From NCBI GenBank assembly GCA_018664485.1, contig JABJOE010000006.1, positions 7,294 to 71,293 of the forward strand: a stretch of 64,000 nt of DNA. The letters are read 5' to 3'. The DNA comes from Candidatus Uhrbacteria bacterium (GTDB lineage Bacteria > Patescibacteriota > Patescibacteriia > UBA9934). The notes beneath the pieces are model-generated. The model saw only the letters and a program-made list of their open reading frames with translations, was not told where the DNA came from and searched no databases. Both the position numbers and the translations under genes were made by a program. Below, piece by piece: positions 27,506-36,690 of the stretch (the first letter of the stretch is position 1; every line of letters starts with the position of its first letter).

Positions 27506-28111
27506 CTAGTCATTGTAAGAATAATATGGCAAGTCTATCGTTCCAATCCGATCAAACGGCAATCCGCGAATCCACACTTTTCCGACAATCAGATCCTCGT
27601 TAACCGCTCCGAATTTTCGCGAGTCCAAACTTTCATCACGATTGTCGCCAAGAACGAAATACTCATTCAAGCTCAGTGTCACACGTTGATGGCCTGACGT
27701 GTAGTCCTCAATGTAATCCTCTCGAAGCTCTACACCATTTGGATACTCATCATTGAAAACACTAATCACTCCATCTTTTATTTCTACCGTCTCACCTGGA
27801 AGACCAATTATGCGCTTGATGTAATGATCGTTAACTCCTGTTGGTGGCCGGAATACAACGACATCTCCGCGATTGGCATCGTTAAATCTGTAAGAGATCT
27901 CGTCAACGATCAAATATTCATTCTCGAAAAAGTTTGGCTCCATTGAAGCTCCCTTTACGATAAATGGCTGTACAAGAAAAAAGCGTACAGGAATGATAAT
28001 CGCTGCCGCAATAATCACAATCTGTACTACTTCCAAAAGAAACATTACCACCGCTCCAAGCGTGGCACCGAATATCTTATATACAAAGGGGATCTTCTCT
28101 TCCTTATTCAT
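27506..28111 (-). CDS. lepB: Signal peptidase I.
   Basis: 201 aa. N-terminal TM, catalytic VKGASMEPNF (Ser box) and VLGDNRDESLDSR (box E). Confidence 0.85.
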   Translation of the reverse strand: MNKEEKIPFVYKIFGATLGAVVMFLLEVVQIVIIAAAIIIPVRFFLVQPFIVKGASMEPNFFENEYLIVDEISYRFNDANRGDVVVFRPPTGVNDHYIKRIIGLPGETVEIKDGVISVFNDEYPNGVELREDYIEDYTSGHQRVTLSLNEYFVLGDNRDESLDSRKFGAVNEDLIVGKVWIRGLPFDRIGTIDLPYYSYND

Positions 28112-28409
28112 AATTCAATGACAATACTTGACCTCTAGATGCGCCTACTATACACGAAAATAAGAAAAAAGCAACAGAAAAAAGCCAGTAAATACGTAAA
28201 AAAACAACCCCATTCACTATTTCTAATTTGCCGTATTCCCGAACCCTACCTATTTGATCTAAGCCACAATAAAATATGTTTTACGCGCCAAAACAGCGCC
28301 TCGACTTGGCGGCCCCGTAACTCGGGGTCGTTTGTGCACTTAAGCTCAAAAAGTATAAAAACACCGTACTTCACAAACCCATGCAAAAACTGTAGTATAC
28401 AATCGTCTT

Positions 28410-29879
28410 ATGGAAGAACATTCAGTAGATTTTTTAAAGAAGAAGTACGACCTTGCCCCATCGCGAAAAAAGGCCCGTCGTCTGCGCTCAACGATGAAAA
28501 TCGTCGGCACAGCACTGGGTCTGATTGCTATCGTGGGTGTGGTCTTTTCTTACAACCTCTCTTCAAACGTAGAAACAACTCCAAACGAAGTCGAAGGATT
28601 TTCCTTATTCTCTTCATTTCGAAACCTTGTTGGCTCTGACGAAAAAGGTCTTATCGGTGAAAATGATGATCGCATCAACCTACTTCTTTTAGGTATCGGT
28701 GGATCAGGACATGCCGGACCGGAGCTAACTGACACTATTATTTTCTCAAGTTTGCAACCGTCAACAAGCGACGTTGCGATGCTATCAATCCCCCGCGACC
28801 TCGCCGTTCCAATCCCAGGATACGGATATCGCAAAATCAACTCAGCGAACGCCTACGGTGAACTCGAAGAAAAAGGACAGGGACCAGAATGGCTATCTAC
28901 CATAATCGAAGATCTTCTCAATCAAGAAGTTCATTACTACGTCAAAGTCGACTTTGATGGATTCGTTGACTTGATCGATGCCGTTGACGGAGTCGATGTC
29001 TACGTAGAAACAGCTTTCACAGACTATACATACCCAACTGATGACTACCTAGTAAAGACCGTAAGCTTCGAGCAGGGCTGGACACATATGGACGGAGAGA
29101 CTGCACTAATGTTTTCACGATCACGACATGGAACTAATGGCGAAGGATCTGACTTTGCACGCGCAGCACGTCAGCAGAAAATTCTTCTCTCGGTAAAAGA
29201 CCAGGTTCTTTCAACTTCAACACTACTTAACCCCGGACGATTAGATCGCGTGATTGAAACTTTCCAAGATAACGTGACTACCAACATGTCATTCTGGGAA
29301 ATGATTAAGCTCGCTCGTTACGCGCCAGACATCGAACTTGAAAATGTTCACTTGAGCGTTCTGGACTCCGGACCAGATAGTCCACTATATTCGACAACGA
29401 TAAACGGCTCATACGTTCTTCTACCAAAACAGGATGATTGGTCTGGGCTCGAAGAAGTTGCAAACAATATATTTGAAGCAGATTCACAGTCTAGTCCAGT
29501 TATCGAAGTGACACCGGAGCTAGAAACAGCACGTGTAGAAATCCAAAATGGTACTGCAGTCTCTGGGCTCGCCTTTCAAGCATCACAAATGCTAACCGGT
29601 ACATCATTTGAAGTTGTCTCAATTGGAAACGCTGACAGCAAAGAATACGAAACTACCATCATTTACGACCTTTCAGGTGGTGAAAAGGATGCAGAACTAG
29701 CTATTTTAAAAGAATTCCTTGAAGCAGACGTATCGATGACCGCGTCAGGTTGGGCCTTCTCAGATGAAGTTGTGCCACGCGAATTGACAGTTATTAGTGA
29801 CGAAGACCAAATCGAAGACGAGGAGGTTGACTTTTTGATCATTTTAGGGCAAAATGCCGAAAATCTTGTATTACGATAG
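28410..29879 (+). CDS. LytR-CpsA-Psr (LCP) family cell-envelope phosphotransferase with a C-terminal LytR_C-like domain.
   Basis: 489 aa. N-terminal TM, then LLLGIGGSGHAGPELTDTIIFSSL...MLSIPRDL...V..KIN.A LCP core. Confidence 0.85.
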   Translation: MEEHSVDFLKKKYDLAPSRKKARRLRSTMKIVGTALGLIAIVGVVFSYNLSSNVETTPNEVEGFSLFSSFRNLVGSDEKGLIGENDDRINLLLLGIGGSGHAGPELTDTIIFSSLQPSTSDVAMLSIPRDLAVPIPGYGYRKINSANAYGELEEKGQGPEWLSTIIEDLLNQEVHYYVKVDFDGFVDLIDAVDGVDVYVETAFTDYTYPTDDYLVKTVSFEQGWTHMDGETALMFSRSRHGTNGEGSDFARAARQQKILLSVKDQVLSTSTLLNPGRLDRVIETFQDNVTTNMSFWEMIKLARYAPDIELENVHLSVLDSGPDSPLYSTTINGSYVLLPKQDDWSGLEEVANNIFEADSQSSPVIEVTPELETARVEIQNGTAVSGLAFQASQMLTGTSFEVVSIGNADSKEYETTIIYDLSGGEKDAELAILKEFLEADVSMTASGWAFSDEVVPRELTVISDEDQIEDEEVDFLIILGQNAENLVLR

Positions 29880-29972
29880 ATACGCCATTTACCAACATCT
29901 TTTAGTCTATTCGACTAAGGTTGGACTAAAATCGCAAAACGTATAACCAGCCACTAATCTGGCGAAAATTCT

Positions 29973-31403
29973 ATGCACGTAACACCTCCAAAGGTAGTCA
30001 TCGTTGGTCGAACTAACGTTGGTAAGTCTACCCTCTTCAACAAATTGATTGAGGAAAAGAAATCTCTCGTATCCAATATTCCTGGAACGACCCGTGATCG
30101 CTATGAGGCAGATTGTATCTGGCGAGCGGAAGTGACTCGGATAATCGATACAGGTGGACTCGACCGCGAAGCTGTCGACGAAGTTGAAGAGCAGATCGCA
30201 AAACAGGCACGCCTTGCTATTGAGCAAGCTGACCTGTTACTTTTTGTTGTGGACTTGCAGACTGGACTACTTCCGGAAGATCGCTTGCTTGCAAAGGAAT
30301 TGATGGAAGCAAAACAGCCAATTATCGTTGTTGGAAACAAAGCAGATAACTTGGAGATTATCCGTTCAGTAAACGAAAAGGAATGGCATAGCTGGCCACT
30401 TGGAGTGCCCCTCGCAGTTTCTGCATCTCGTGGAACAGGTACCGGAGATTTATTGGATGAAGTTTATAGCGAGTTGAATAAAATCAACAAGCCGCCCGTA
30501 TCCATTTCAGACGTTGCCGCGACGCGAGTAGCTGTGATCGGACGACCGAATGTTGGTAAGTCTTCACTTTTAAATGCGGCACTTGGAGAAACTCGTTTCA
30601 TTACATCTGCAAAAGCCCACACAACTCGTGAGCCTAACGACACACATGTATCCGTCGACGGTCGTGACTACATCCTCGTTGATACTGCTGGTATAAGAAA
30701 GATGGGTCGGATCTACAAAGGAAAATCAAAGCTAGAAATTTCAGGAGTTGAACGATCTAAACGTGCAGCTAAAAAGGCAGACGTAATTCTGTTCGTTGTA
30801 GACGTAGCAAAGAAAATCTCTACACAGGATCGGCACCTTGCAGGAATGGTTCAGGCATCTGGAGCAAGTGCGATCATCATCGCAAACAAATGGGACGTAA
30901 TTCCGGACAAAGAAACAAACACAATCAACGACTACGAAGAAAACTTGCGCGCTCAACTCCCAATGCTTTCATGGGCTCCGATCGTTTTCACAAGTGCCCA
31001 CACTGGTAAACGAGTTCCACACGTATTTGACGTAATCGACACTGTTTTCCAAAACCGATTCACACAGCTTAACAACTTGGAGGCAAAAACATTTATCAGT
31101 CGAGCTATCTCACGACACAAGCCTAGTCGAGGAAAGGGAGTTGCCCATCCACAGGTCAAGTCATTCGTTCAGGCTCATGTGAATCCCCCATCGTTTGAAC
31201 TTCGCATCAACCAGAAACGAGTAGACACTCTGAACATTTCATACTTACGATTCTTGGAAAACCTTCTTCGTAAGTTCTACTCCTTTGACGGAACGCCAAT
31301 TCGTATTAAAATTATTGCAAAGAAGAAGTCACACACAACCACGGCACCAATTGAATCAAATAAACCAAAACGACATGCCGGCACTTATCGTGGGAATCGG
31401 TAA
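29973..31403 (+). CDS. der: Ribosome-biogenesis GTPase Der (EngA).
   Basis: 476 aa. Tandem GTPase domains VVIVGRTNVGKSTLFN and VAVIGRPNVGKSSLLN, each with DTAG/NKxD, plus a KH-like C-terminus. Confidence 0.9.
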   Translation: MHVTPPKVVIVGRTNVGKSTLFNKLIEEKKSLVSNIPGTTRDRYEADCIWRAEVTRIIDTGGLDREAVDEVEEQIAKQARLAIEQADLLLFVVDLQTGLLPEDRLLAKELMEAKQPIIVVGNKADNLEIIRSVNEKEWHSWPLGVPLAVSASRGTGTGDLLDEVYSELNKINKPPVSISDVAATRVAVIGRPNVGKSSLLNAALGETRFITSAKAHTTREPNDTHVSVDGRDYILVDTAGIRKMGRIYKGKSKLEISGVERSKRAAKKADVILFVVDVAKKISTQDRHLAGMVQASGASAIIIANKWDVIPDKETNTINDYEENLRAQLPMLSWAPIVFTSAHTGKRVPHVFDVIDTVFQNRFTQLNNLEAKTFISRAISRHKPSRGKGVAHPQVKSFVQAHVNPPSFELRINQKRVDTLNISYLRFLENLLRKFYSFDGTPIRIKIIAKKKSHTTTAPIESNKPKRHAGTYRGNR

Positions 31404-31899
31404 CCCTGGAAAAAAATACGAGAACACGCGACATAACGCGGGGTTCATGGTTGTTGATGCGCTCGCACAACAGTTAGGATGGAATTGGTCAAAAAAGTTT
31501 CTTATAAACGCACTGGTCACTGAGGGAAATATCGACGGACAAAAAGTGATCCTCGCAAAGCCGCAAGCGTTCATGAATCTGTCCGGTCAAGCTACCGGAA
31601 AGTTAGCTAAGAAATATAAAGTTGATCCATCAGACATTGTCGTCGTGTACGATGACGTTGATATAGACCTCGGAAAGCTCCGATGGCGAGACACCGGGTC
31701 AGCCGGAGGGCATAACGGAATGAAGTCGATCATCTCAGTACTCGGCACTCAAGATTTTGGAAGACTGCGAGTAGGAATAGGCGCCGCTGCCGAACATGTA
31801 CCACTCGAAGATCACGTACTTGGAAAGCTATCAAAGAAAGAAAAAGAACAGTTGCCAATTGATGAAGCGACAGCAATGCTTCTAGAGAAAGCCGCCTAA
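31375..31899 (+). CDS. pth: Peptidyl-tRNA hydrolase.
   Basis: N-terminus MPALIVGIGNPGKKYENTRHNAGFMVVD. Start chosen at the conserved ATG at 31375 (track ORF starts at an upstream TTG). 29-nt overlap with der. Confidence 0.9.
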   Translation: MPALIVGIGNPGKKYENTRHNAGFMVVDALAQQLGWNWSKKFLINALVTEGNIDGQKVILAKPQAFMNLSGQATGKLAKKYKVDPSDIVVVYDDVDIDLGKLRWRDTGSAGGHNGMKSIISVLGTQDFGRLRVGIGAAAEHVPLEDHVLGKLSKKEKEQLPIDEATAMLLEKAA

Positions 31900-31916
31900 G
31901 TGGCGGTTTTTTCTTT
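31888..31916 (+). terminator. Rho-independent terminator overlapping the pth stop codon.
   Basis: gccgcc-taagt-ggcgg hairpin, then TTTTTTCTTTTG. Confidence 0.6.
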
Positions 31917-32010
31917 TGCATAAACGTCACCACCCTTGACACAAAGCCAGCGAGTCAGTTTTTCTCCATGATACAATTAACATACAGTAAAAATTTATTA
32001 AGTCCTCCCT

Positions 32011-32038
32011 ACAGCTACCCAGCTGTATTTTTTATTTC
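32011..32038 (+). promoter_or_regulatory. Second terminator-like hairpin, 16 nt upstream of the dprA start. Possible attenuator or end of a small leader transcript.
   Basis: acagct-accc-agctgt perfect 6-bp stem followed by ATTTTTTATTT. An extended -10-like TGATACAAT sits at about 31969-31977. Confidence 0.35.
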
Positions 32039-32053
32039 AAACACCCTCATAGT

Positions 32054-32923
32054 ATGAACTCAGAAAAAAAGTTTAAAACAGTTAACCTTAATGACAATAC
32101 ATACCCAGCCCTTTTAAAAGAAATATTCGACCCGCCTCCGACATTAATGACGAAAGGCGTAATGCCCGATATAAAACGACCACATCTTGCAGTCGTCGGG
32201 TCTCGCAAAGCAAGCCCCTACGGCAAAGAAGCTACTAGATCACTCGTAGGTGCTCTGGCTCGAGCCGGCGTCGTTATTGTGAGCGGTCTTGCATATGGAA
32301 TCGATCAGGCAGCCCACAAAGCTACAATGGACGCAGGTGGAACAACAGTCGCAGTCCTTGGGTTTGGTATAGATTTTAAATGCACTTACCGAGAACAGAA
32401 ACTTCGTGACAACATAATAAAATCAAACGGCGCGATCATAAGCGAGTTTCAACCAAAAGAACCTGGTCACAAATCAAACTTTCCAAAACGTAATCGAGTT
32501 ATATCCGGAATATGCCAAGGTACTCTAATCATAGAAGCGGCCGAGCGAAGTGGATCACTTATTACAGCACGCATGGCAATGCAACAAAATCGTGATGTTT
32601 TTGCAGTACCGGGCCCAATTACCTCCCAGACATCAAAAGGAACCAACAACTTACTAAAAGACGGCGCCTTCCCAGTTACATGTGCAAAAGACATATTACG
32701 AATACTAGGAGTCGAAGTATCAGACAAAAAACCATCACAGGTGCCAAACCTATCCGCGCCGGAAAACACAATCCTAAACACTCTTTCAGACAAACCTACA
32801 CATATCGACGATATTGCACGCGCGAATAATAGCCCAATTAACGTTATAGCCGTACTACTCACAAGCCTTGAAATAGCTGGACATATTAAAGATATCGGCG
32901 GAGGCAACTTTGTGATAAAATGA
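32054..32923 (+). CDS. dprA: DNA processing protein DprA (Smf).
   Basis: 289 aa. ...LAVVGSRKASPYGKEATRSLVGALARAGVVIVSGLAYGIDQAAHKA... Rossmann-like DprA core. Confidence 0.85.
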   Translation: MNSEKKFKTVNLNDNTYPALLKEIFDPPPTLMTKGVMPDIKRPHLAVVGSRKASPYGKEATRSLVGALARAGVVIVSGLAYGIDQAAHKATMDAGGTTVAVLGFGIDFKCTYREQKLRDNIIKSNGAIISEFQPKEPGHKSNFPKRNRVISGICQGTLIIEAAERSGSLITARMAMQQNRDVFAVPGPITSQTSKGTNNLLKDGAFPVTCAKDILRILGVEVSDKKPSQVPNLSAPENTILNTLSDKPTHIDDIARANNSPINVIAVLLTSLEIAGHIKDIGGGNFVIK

Positions 32924-32950
32924 ACTGGTAAATGATACGTTTAAGAAGTT

Positions 32951-34228
32951 ATGGATCCCTACCAAGCAGCCTACGAGCGGCTTCTTTCGCTCAACAACCT
33001 GGTCTTAAAGCCTTATACAGACTCACCAAAAGAACTACGCGCATCGCTCAAACGCATGCGTGCCTTTTTAGACCATATAGGCGCACCAGACGAAAAGATG
33101 CAGATCATCCATGTTGCCGGTACAAGCGGAAAAGGATCTGTCACCTCTATGCTTCGCTCAATCCTACATACAAGCGGACAGACTGTCGGAAGCTACATCT
33201 CCCCACATACAACCACATACCTGGAACGCTTCTCAGTTGGCGACAAATTAATAAGTCCAGACACACTAACGGAAGCCATCAATAACGTTTTAGATCTATA
33301 CACAACATTCTTAAAAAAAGAACCGGTACCGCTTTCATTCTTTGAACTATCCACAGCAATAGCACTATACGCATTTGCTTCGAACAAAATAAAATGGTGC
33401 GTACTTGAAACTGGTTGCGGCGGACGTTTTGATGCTACCAATGTCATTTCCACCCCTCGCGTTGCTATCATTACAAATATCGGCAAAGATCATACTCATA
33501 TTTTAGGCAACTCACTCACACATATTGCGCGAGCAAAAGCTGGAATCATAAAAAAGAACGGTGTAGTTTTCTGTGGAGAAATGCGGCCAGCTATTCGTAA
33601 GGTTTTCATGAAAGAAGCGATCAAACACTCAGCAGCGCTATTCTTCGTTCACCCCCCTTATCAAAATCTACTGCCAGAAAGTTTTGGCGCACACCAGCAG
33701 CACAATGCAGCGATCGCAATGTCAGCGGCAGAAGAAATCGGTATCCCCCAAGACACAATACAAAAAGCATTTTCTTCTCTCATGCTCCCGCCTTGTCGAT
33801 ATGAGACAATTCAAGATAGCCCACGCGTTATAATAGACGGCGCCCACTCCCCCGTGAAGGTAAAGGCGCTCGTTAAACAACTCGAAAAAATCGAAGGACC
33901 GATCCATGTTCTTTTTGCATGCACCGGAACAAAGGAATGTAAGCCAATGATCGAACAGCTAGCGAAGGTAGCAGACCGCGTCACAACAACCCGTTTCACA
34001 ACAGGGTTCCGAAAAGTCGCGAATCCGTTTGAACTTATTAAACTCGTTGGAAAGAGAAAACGAGCGGGTTCATACCTTGAGCCGTTCGAAGCTCTTGGTG
34101 AAGCTCTCAAATCTACAAAAAAGGGAGAAACATTAGTAATCACTGGATCCCTATATCTATGTGGAGAACTGCGTCAATACTGGATTTCAGAAAGTGATAT
34201 TTTAAAACACCAGACATCAAGGCCATAA
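32951..34228 (+). CDS. folC: Folylpolyglutamate synthase / dihydrofolate synthase (Mur ligase family).
   Basis: 425 aa. ATP-binding IHVAGTSGKGSVTSML and Mur-ligase middle and C-terminal domains. Confidence 0.85.
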   Translation: MDPYQAAYERLLSLNNLVLKPYTDSPKELRASLKRMRAFLDHIGAPDEKMQIIHVAGTSGKGSVTSMLRSILHTSGQTVGSYISPHTTTYLERFSVGDKLISPDTLTEAINNVLDLYTTFLKKEPVPLSFFELSTAIALYAFASNKIKWCVLETGCGGRFDATNVISTPRVAIITNIGKDHTHILGNSLTHIARAKAGIIKKNGVVFCGEMRPAIRKVFMKEAIKHSAALFFVHPPYQNLLPESFGAHQQHNAAIAMSAAEEIGIPQDTIQKAFSSLMLPPCRYETIQDSPRVIIDGAHSPVKVKALVKQLEKIEGPIHVLFACTGTKECKPMIEQLAKVADRVTTTRFTTGFRKVANPFELIKLVGKRKRAGSYLEPFEALGEALKSTKKGETLVITGSLYLCGELRQYWISESDILKHQTSRP

Positions 34229-34314
34229 TCTCAGCGTTTGACAACTATATAGGGTCTACTGCATTATGCGCCCCATAATCCTAAAAGTGCTGAATTGAGC
34301 CAAATACGCCCGAT

Positions 34315-36660
34315 ATGAAACGTCTCCTTATTGTAGAGTCGCCTACCAAGGCCAAAACAATCAAAAAGTTCCTCGGGTCAGATTACGAGGTAACTTCTTC
34401 TTTTGGGCATATTCGTGATCTTCCTCGAAAGGAGATGGGAGTAGACATGGATAACAAATTTGAGCCTACATACGTTGTTCCAGACAATAAGAAGAAACGA
34501 GTAGCTGATCTAAAACGAGCCGCAAAAGGAGTAGACGAAATCTATCTAGCGACTGATGAAGACCGGGAAGGAGAAGCGATCGCTTGGCATATTGCTGAGA
34601 TTTTGAAAATCAAAACAGAAGACATTAAGCGCATCACATTCCACGAAATTACAAAGCACGCGATTGAGCACGCACTGACAGAAGCTAAGGGGCTGGCGAT
34701 GCCTGTTGTTGAAGCCCAGCAAACTCGCCGCATCCTAGACCGTCTCGTTGGATACGAGTTGTCTCCATTCCTATGGAGCAAGGTACGTCGTGGTCTTTCT
34801 GCTGGTCGTGTGCAATCTGTATGTGTACGCCTTGTTGTAGAACGTGAACGTGAACGAAATGCTTTTGACCAAGATGAGTACTGGACTATAGAAGGACTAT
34901 TTGAGACAGGTACGGCTGTCATGGAAGGAAAGCTTAATGCTGTCGATGGTGAAAAGTTGAAGAAACTTTCAATCGGGACTGAAGCTGCTGCGGCAAAGAT
35001 AATTGACGACCTTAAAGGTGCTAGTTTTACAGTTGATGCAATCACAAAAAAGCAGGCATCTCGAAAACCACCTAAACCTCTCACAACATCTTCCCTTCAG
35101 CAGGAAGCGAACAACAAACTTGGTTTCTCTGCAAAACAAACAATGACGCTAGCGCAGAAACTATATGAAACAGGTCGCATCACTTACATGCGTACCGACT
35201 CTTTGAACCTAGCTGACAAATTCCTAGGCGAAGCACAGAGCTACATCAAAGCAACTTTTGGAGATAACTACGCAACCGGTGCGCAAACATACAAAACAAA
35301 AAAGAAAGGGGCACAGGAAGCTCATGAAGCTATCCGCCCAACAGACCCAAGCTTGCATCCGGACAAACTACAAGCTGAGCTTGAAGCTGGTCAGTGGAAA
35401 CTTTACAACCTTATTTGGCGCCGAACGCTCGCAACACAATTCCCTCCAGCAAAGCTCGAAAGTACTGCAATCGACCTTCTTGCAAAGACATATAACTTCC
35501 GAGCAAATGGTAGCGTTATCGTGTTCGACGGATTCATGAAGATCTATAAGAGCGCAAAGGAAACCATCCTGCCAGAGCTTAAAAAAGGTGATGATGTAAA
35601 AGCTCAGTCTATTACGCCAGAGCAGCACTTCACACAGCCACCAGGTCGCTATTCAGACGCGACACTTGTCAAAGTACTTGAAGAGCATGGTATTGGTCGG
35701 CCGTCTACCTACGCCCCAACAATCAGTACGGTGATTGATCGTGGTTACGTAGATCGTGATGACAATAAAAAGCTCTTCCCTACTGACACGGCATATATCG
35801 TGACAGATCTTTTAGTGGAGCACTTTCCAAATATCGTAAACCTGGAATTTACTGCAACAATGGAACGAACGCTCGATGAAATTGCTGAGGGAACCGTTCA
35901 CCGTGTTCCAACGCTCGAAGCATTCTACGGACCATTCCACAAAAACCTACAAAGCAAAACAAAAGAAATTACATATGCTGACGTTGTAAAAGAACGTGAG
36001 CTTGGAGCCGACCCTGAATCAGGAAAAATGATCGTTGTAAAAACCGGACGTTTCGGTCCATACGTTCAACTTGGAGAATGGTCTGAGGAAGATAGAAAAG
36101 AAAAGATCAACAAGCCGAAGATGGCCTCTCTCATGAAAGACATGGATATGGAGACCGTGAAGCTTGAAGAAGTTCTAAAACTCTTTACCCTTCCACGTAC
36201 TGTCGGACAATTGGAAGATGGTACACCAATCACTGCACAAACCGGACCTTACGGACCATATCTGAAAGCCGGGAAAACAAATGCATCAATCGAAGAACCC
36301 CAGCTATTTAGTCTCGATGAAAAAGAAGCACGAGAGCTCATTATCGAAACTGCAAAAAAGAAAGCGGAGATGATGAAACCTTTGGCTGAACTTGGAGCAG
36401 ATACCGTGAGTGGCGAACCAATCGTCGTTAAAAACGGTCGTTTTGGCCCGTACGTAACTGACGGAAAAACAAACGCATCTATCTCAAAAAAGATTGACCC
36501 CATGACGGTCACACTTGAGATGGCGACTGAAATGCTTATCAAAAAACGTGAGCGGCAAGCAAAGAAAGGTGGTGCTAAAAAAGGAGAACCGAAAGCCAAA
36601 CCACTAAAGAAGAAAACTACAAAGAAAAAATCTACAGCAAAGAAAAAGAAGAAGGCCTAA
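34315..36660 (+). CDS. topA: DNA topoisomerase I with a Lys-rich C-terminal tail instead of Zn-ribbon repeats.
   Basis: 781 aa. Toprim N-terminus MKRLLIVESPTKAKTIKKFLG...EVTSSFGHIRDL. Active-site Tyr region ...RITYMRTDS... C-terminus KKGGAKKGEPKAKPLKKKTTKKKSTAKKKKKA. Confidence 0.9.
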   Translation: MKRLLIVESPTKAKTIKKFLGSDYEVTSSFGHIRDLPRKEMGVDMDNKFEPTYVVPDNKKKRVADLKRAAKGVDEIYLATDEDREGEAIAWHIAEILKIKTEDIKRITFHEITKHAIEHALTEAKGLAMPVVEAQQTRRILDRLVGYELSPFLWSKVRRGLSAGRVQSVCVRLVVERERERNAFDQDEYWTIEGLFETGTAVMEGKLNAVDGEKLKKLSIGTEAAAAKIIDDLKGASFTVDAITKKQASRKPPKPLTTSSLQQEANNKLGFSAKQTMTLAQKLYETGRITYMRTDSLNLADKFLGEAQSYIKATFGDNYATGAQTYKTKKKGAQEAHEAIRPTDPSLHPDKLQAELEAGQWKLYNLIWRRTLATQFPPAKLESTAIDLLAKTYNFRANGSVIVFDGFMKIYKSAKETILPELKKGDDVKAQSITPEQHFTQPPGRYSDATLVKVLEEHGIGRPSTYAPTISTVIDRGYVDRDDNKKLFPTDTAYIVTDLLVEHFPNIVNLEFTATMERTLDEIAEGTVHRVPTLEAFYGPFHKNLQSKTKEITYADVVKERELGADPESGKMIVVKTGRFGPYVQLGEWSEEDRKEKINKPKMASLMKDMDMETVKLEEVLKLFTLPRTVGQLEDGTPITAQTGPYGPYLKAGKTNASIEEPQLFSLDEKEARELIIETAKKKAEMMKPLAELGADTVSGEPIVVKNGRFGPYVTDGKTNASISKKIDPMTVTLEMATEMLIKKRERQAKKGGAKKGEPKAKPLKKKTTKKKSTAKKKKKA

Positions 36661-36690
36661 GCGGCCTTCTTCTTTTTTGCAGGTTTTTTA
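36640..36690. terminator. Bidirectional terminator shared by the convergent topA and 36657..39140 genes.
   Basis: aagaaggcc-taagc-ggccttctt perfect hairpin flanked by an A-run and a T-run. Both stop codons lie within or next to it. Confidence 0.5.

Noticed and set aside
28139-28639. 166-aa plus-strand ORF across the lepB/LCP divergent promoter region.
   Set aside because: It overlaps the well-supported LCP gene start in another frame and runs through obvious promoter and AT-rich DNA. The product is basic low-complexity.
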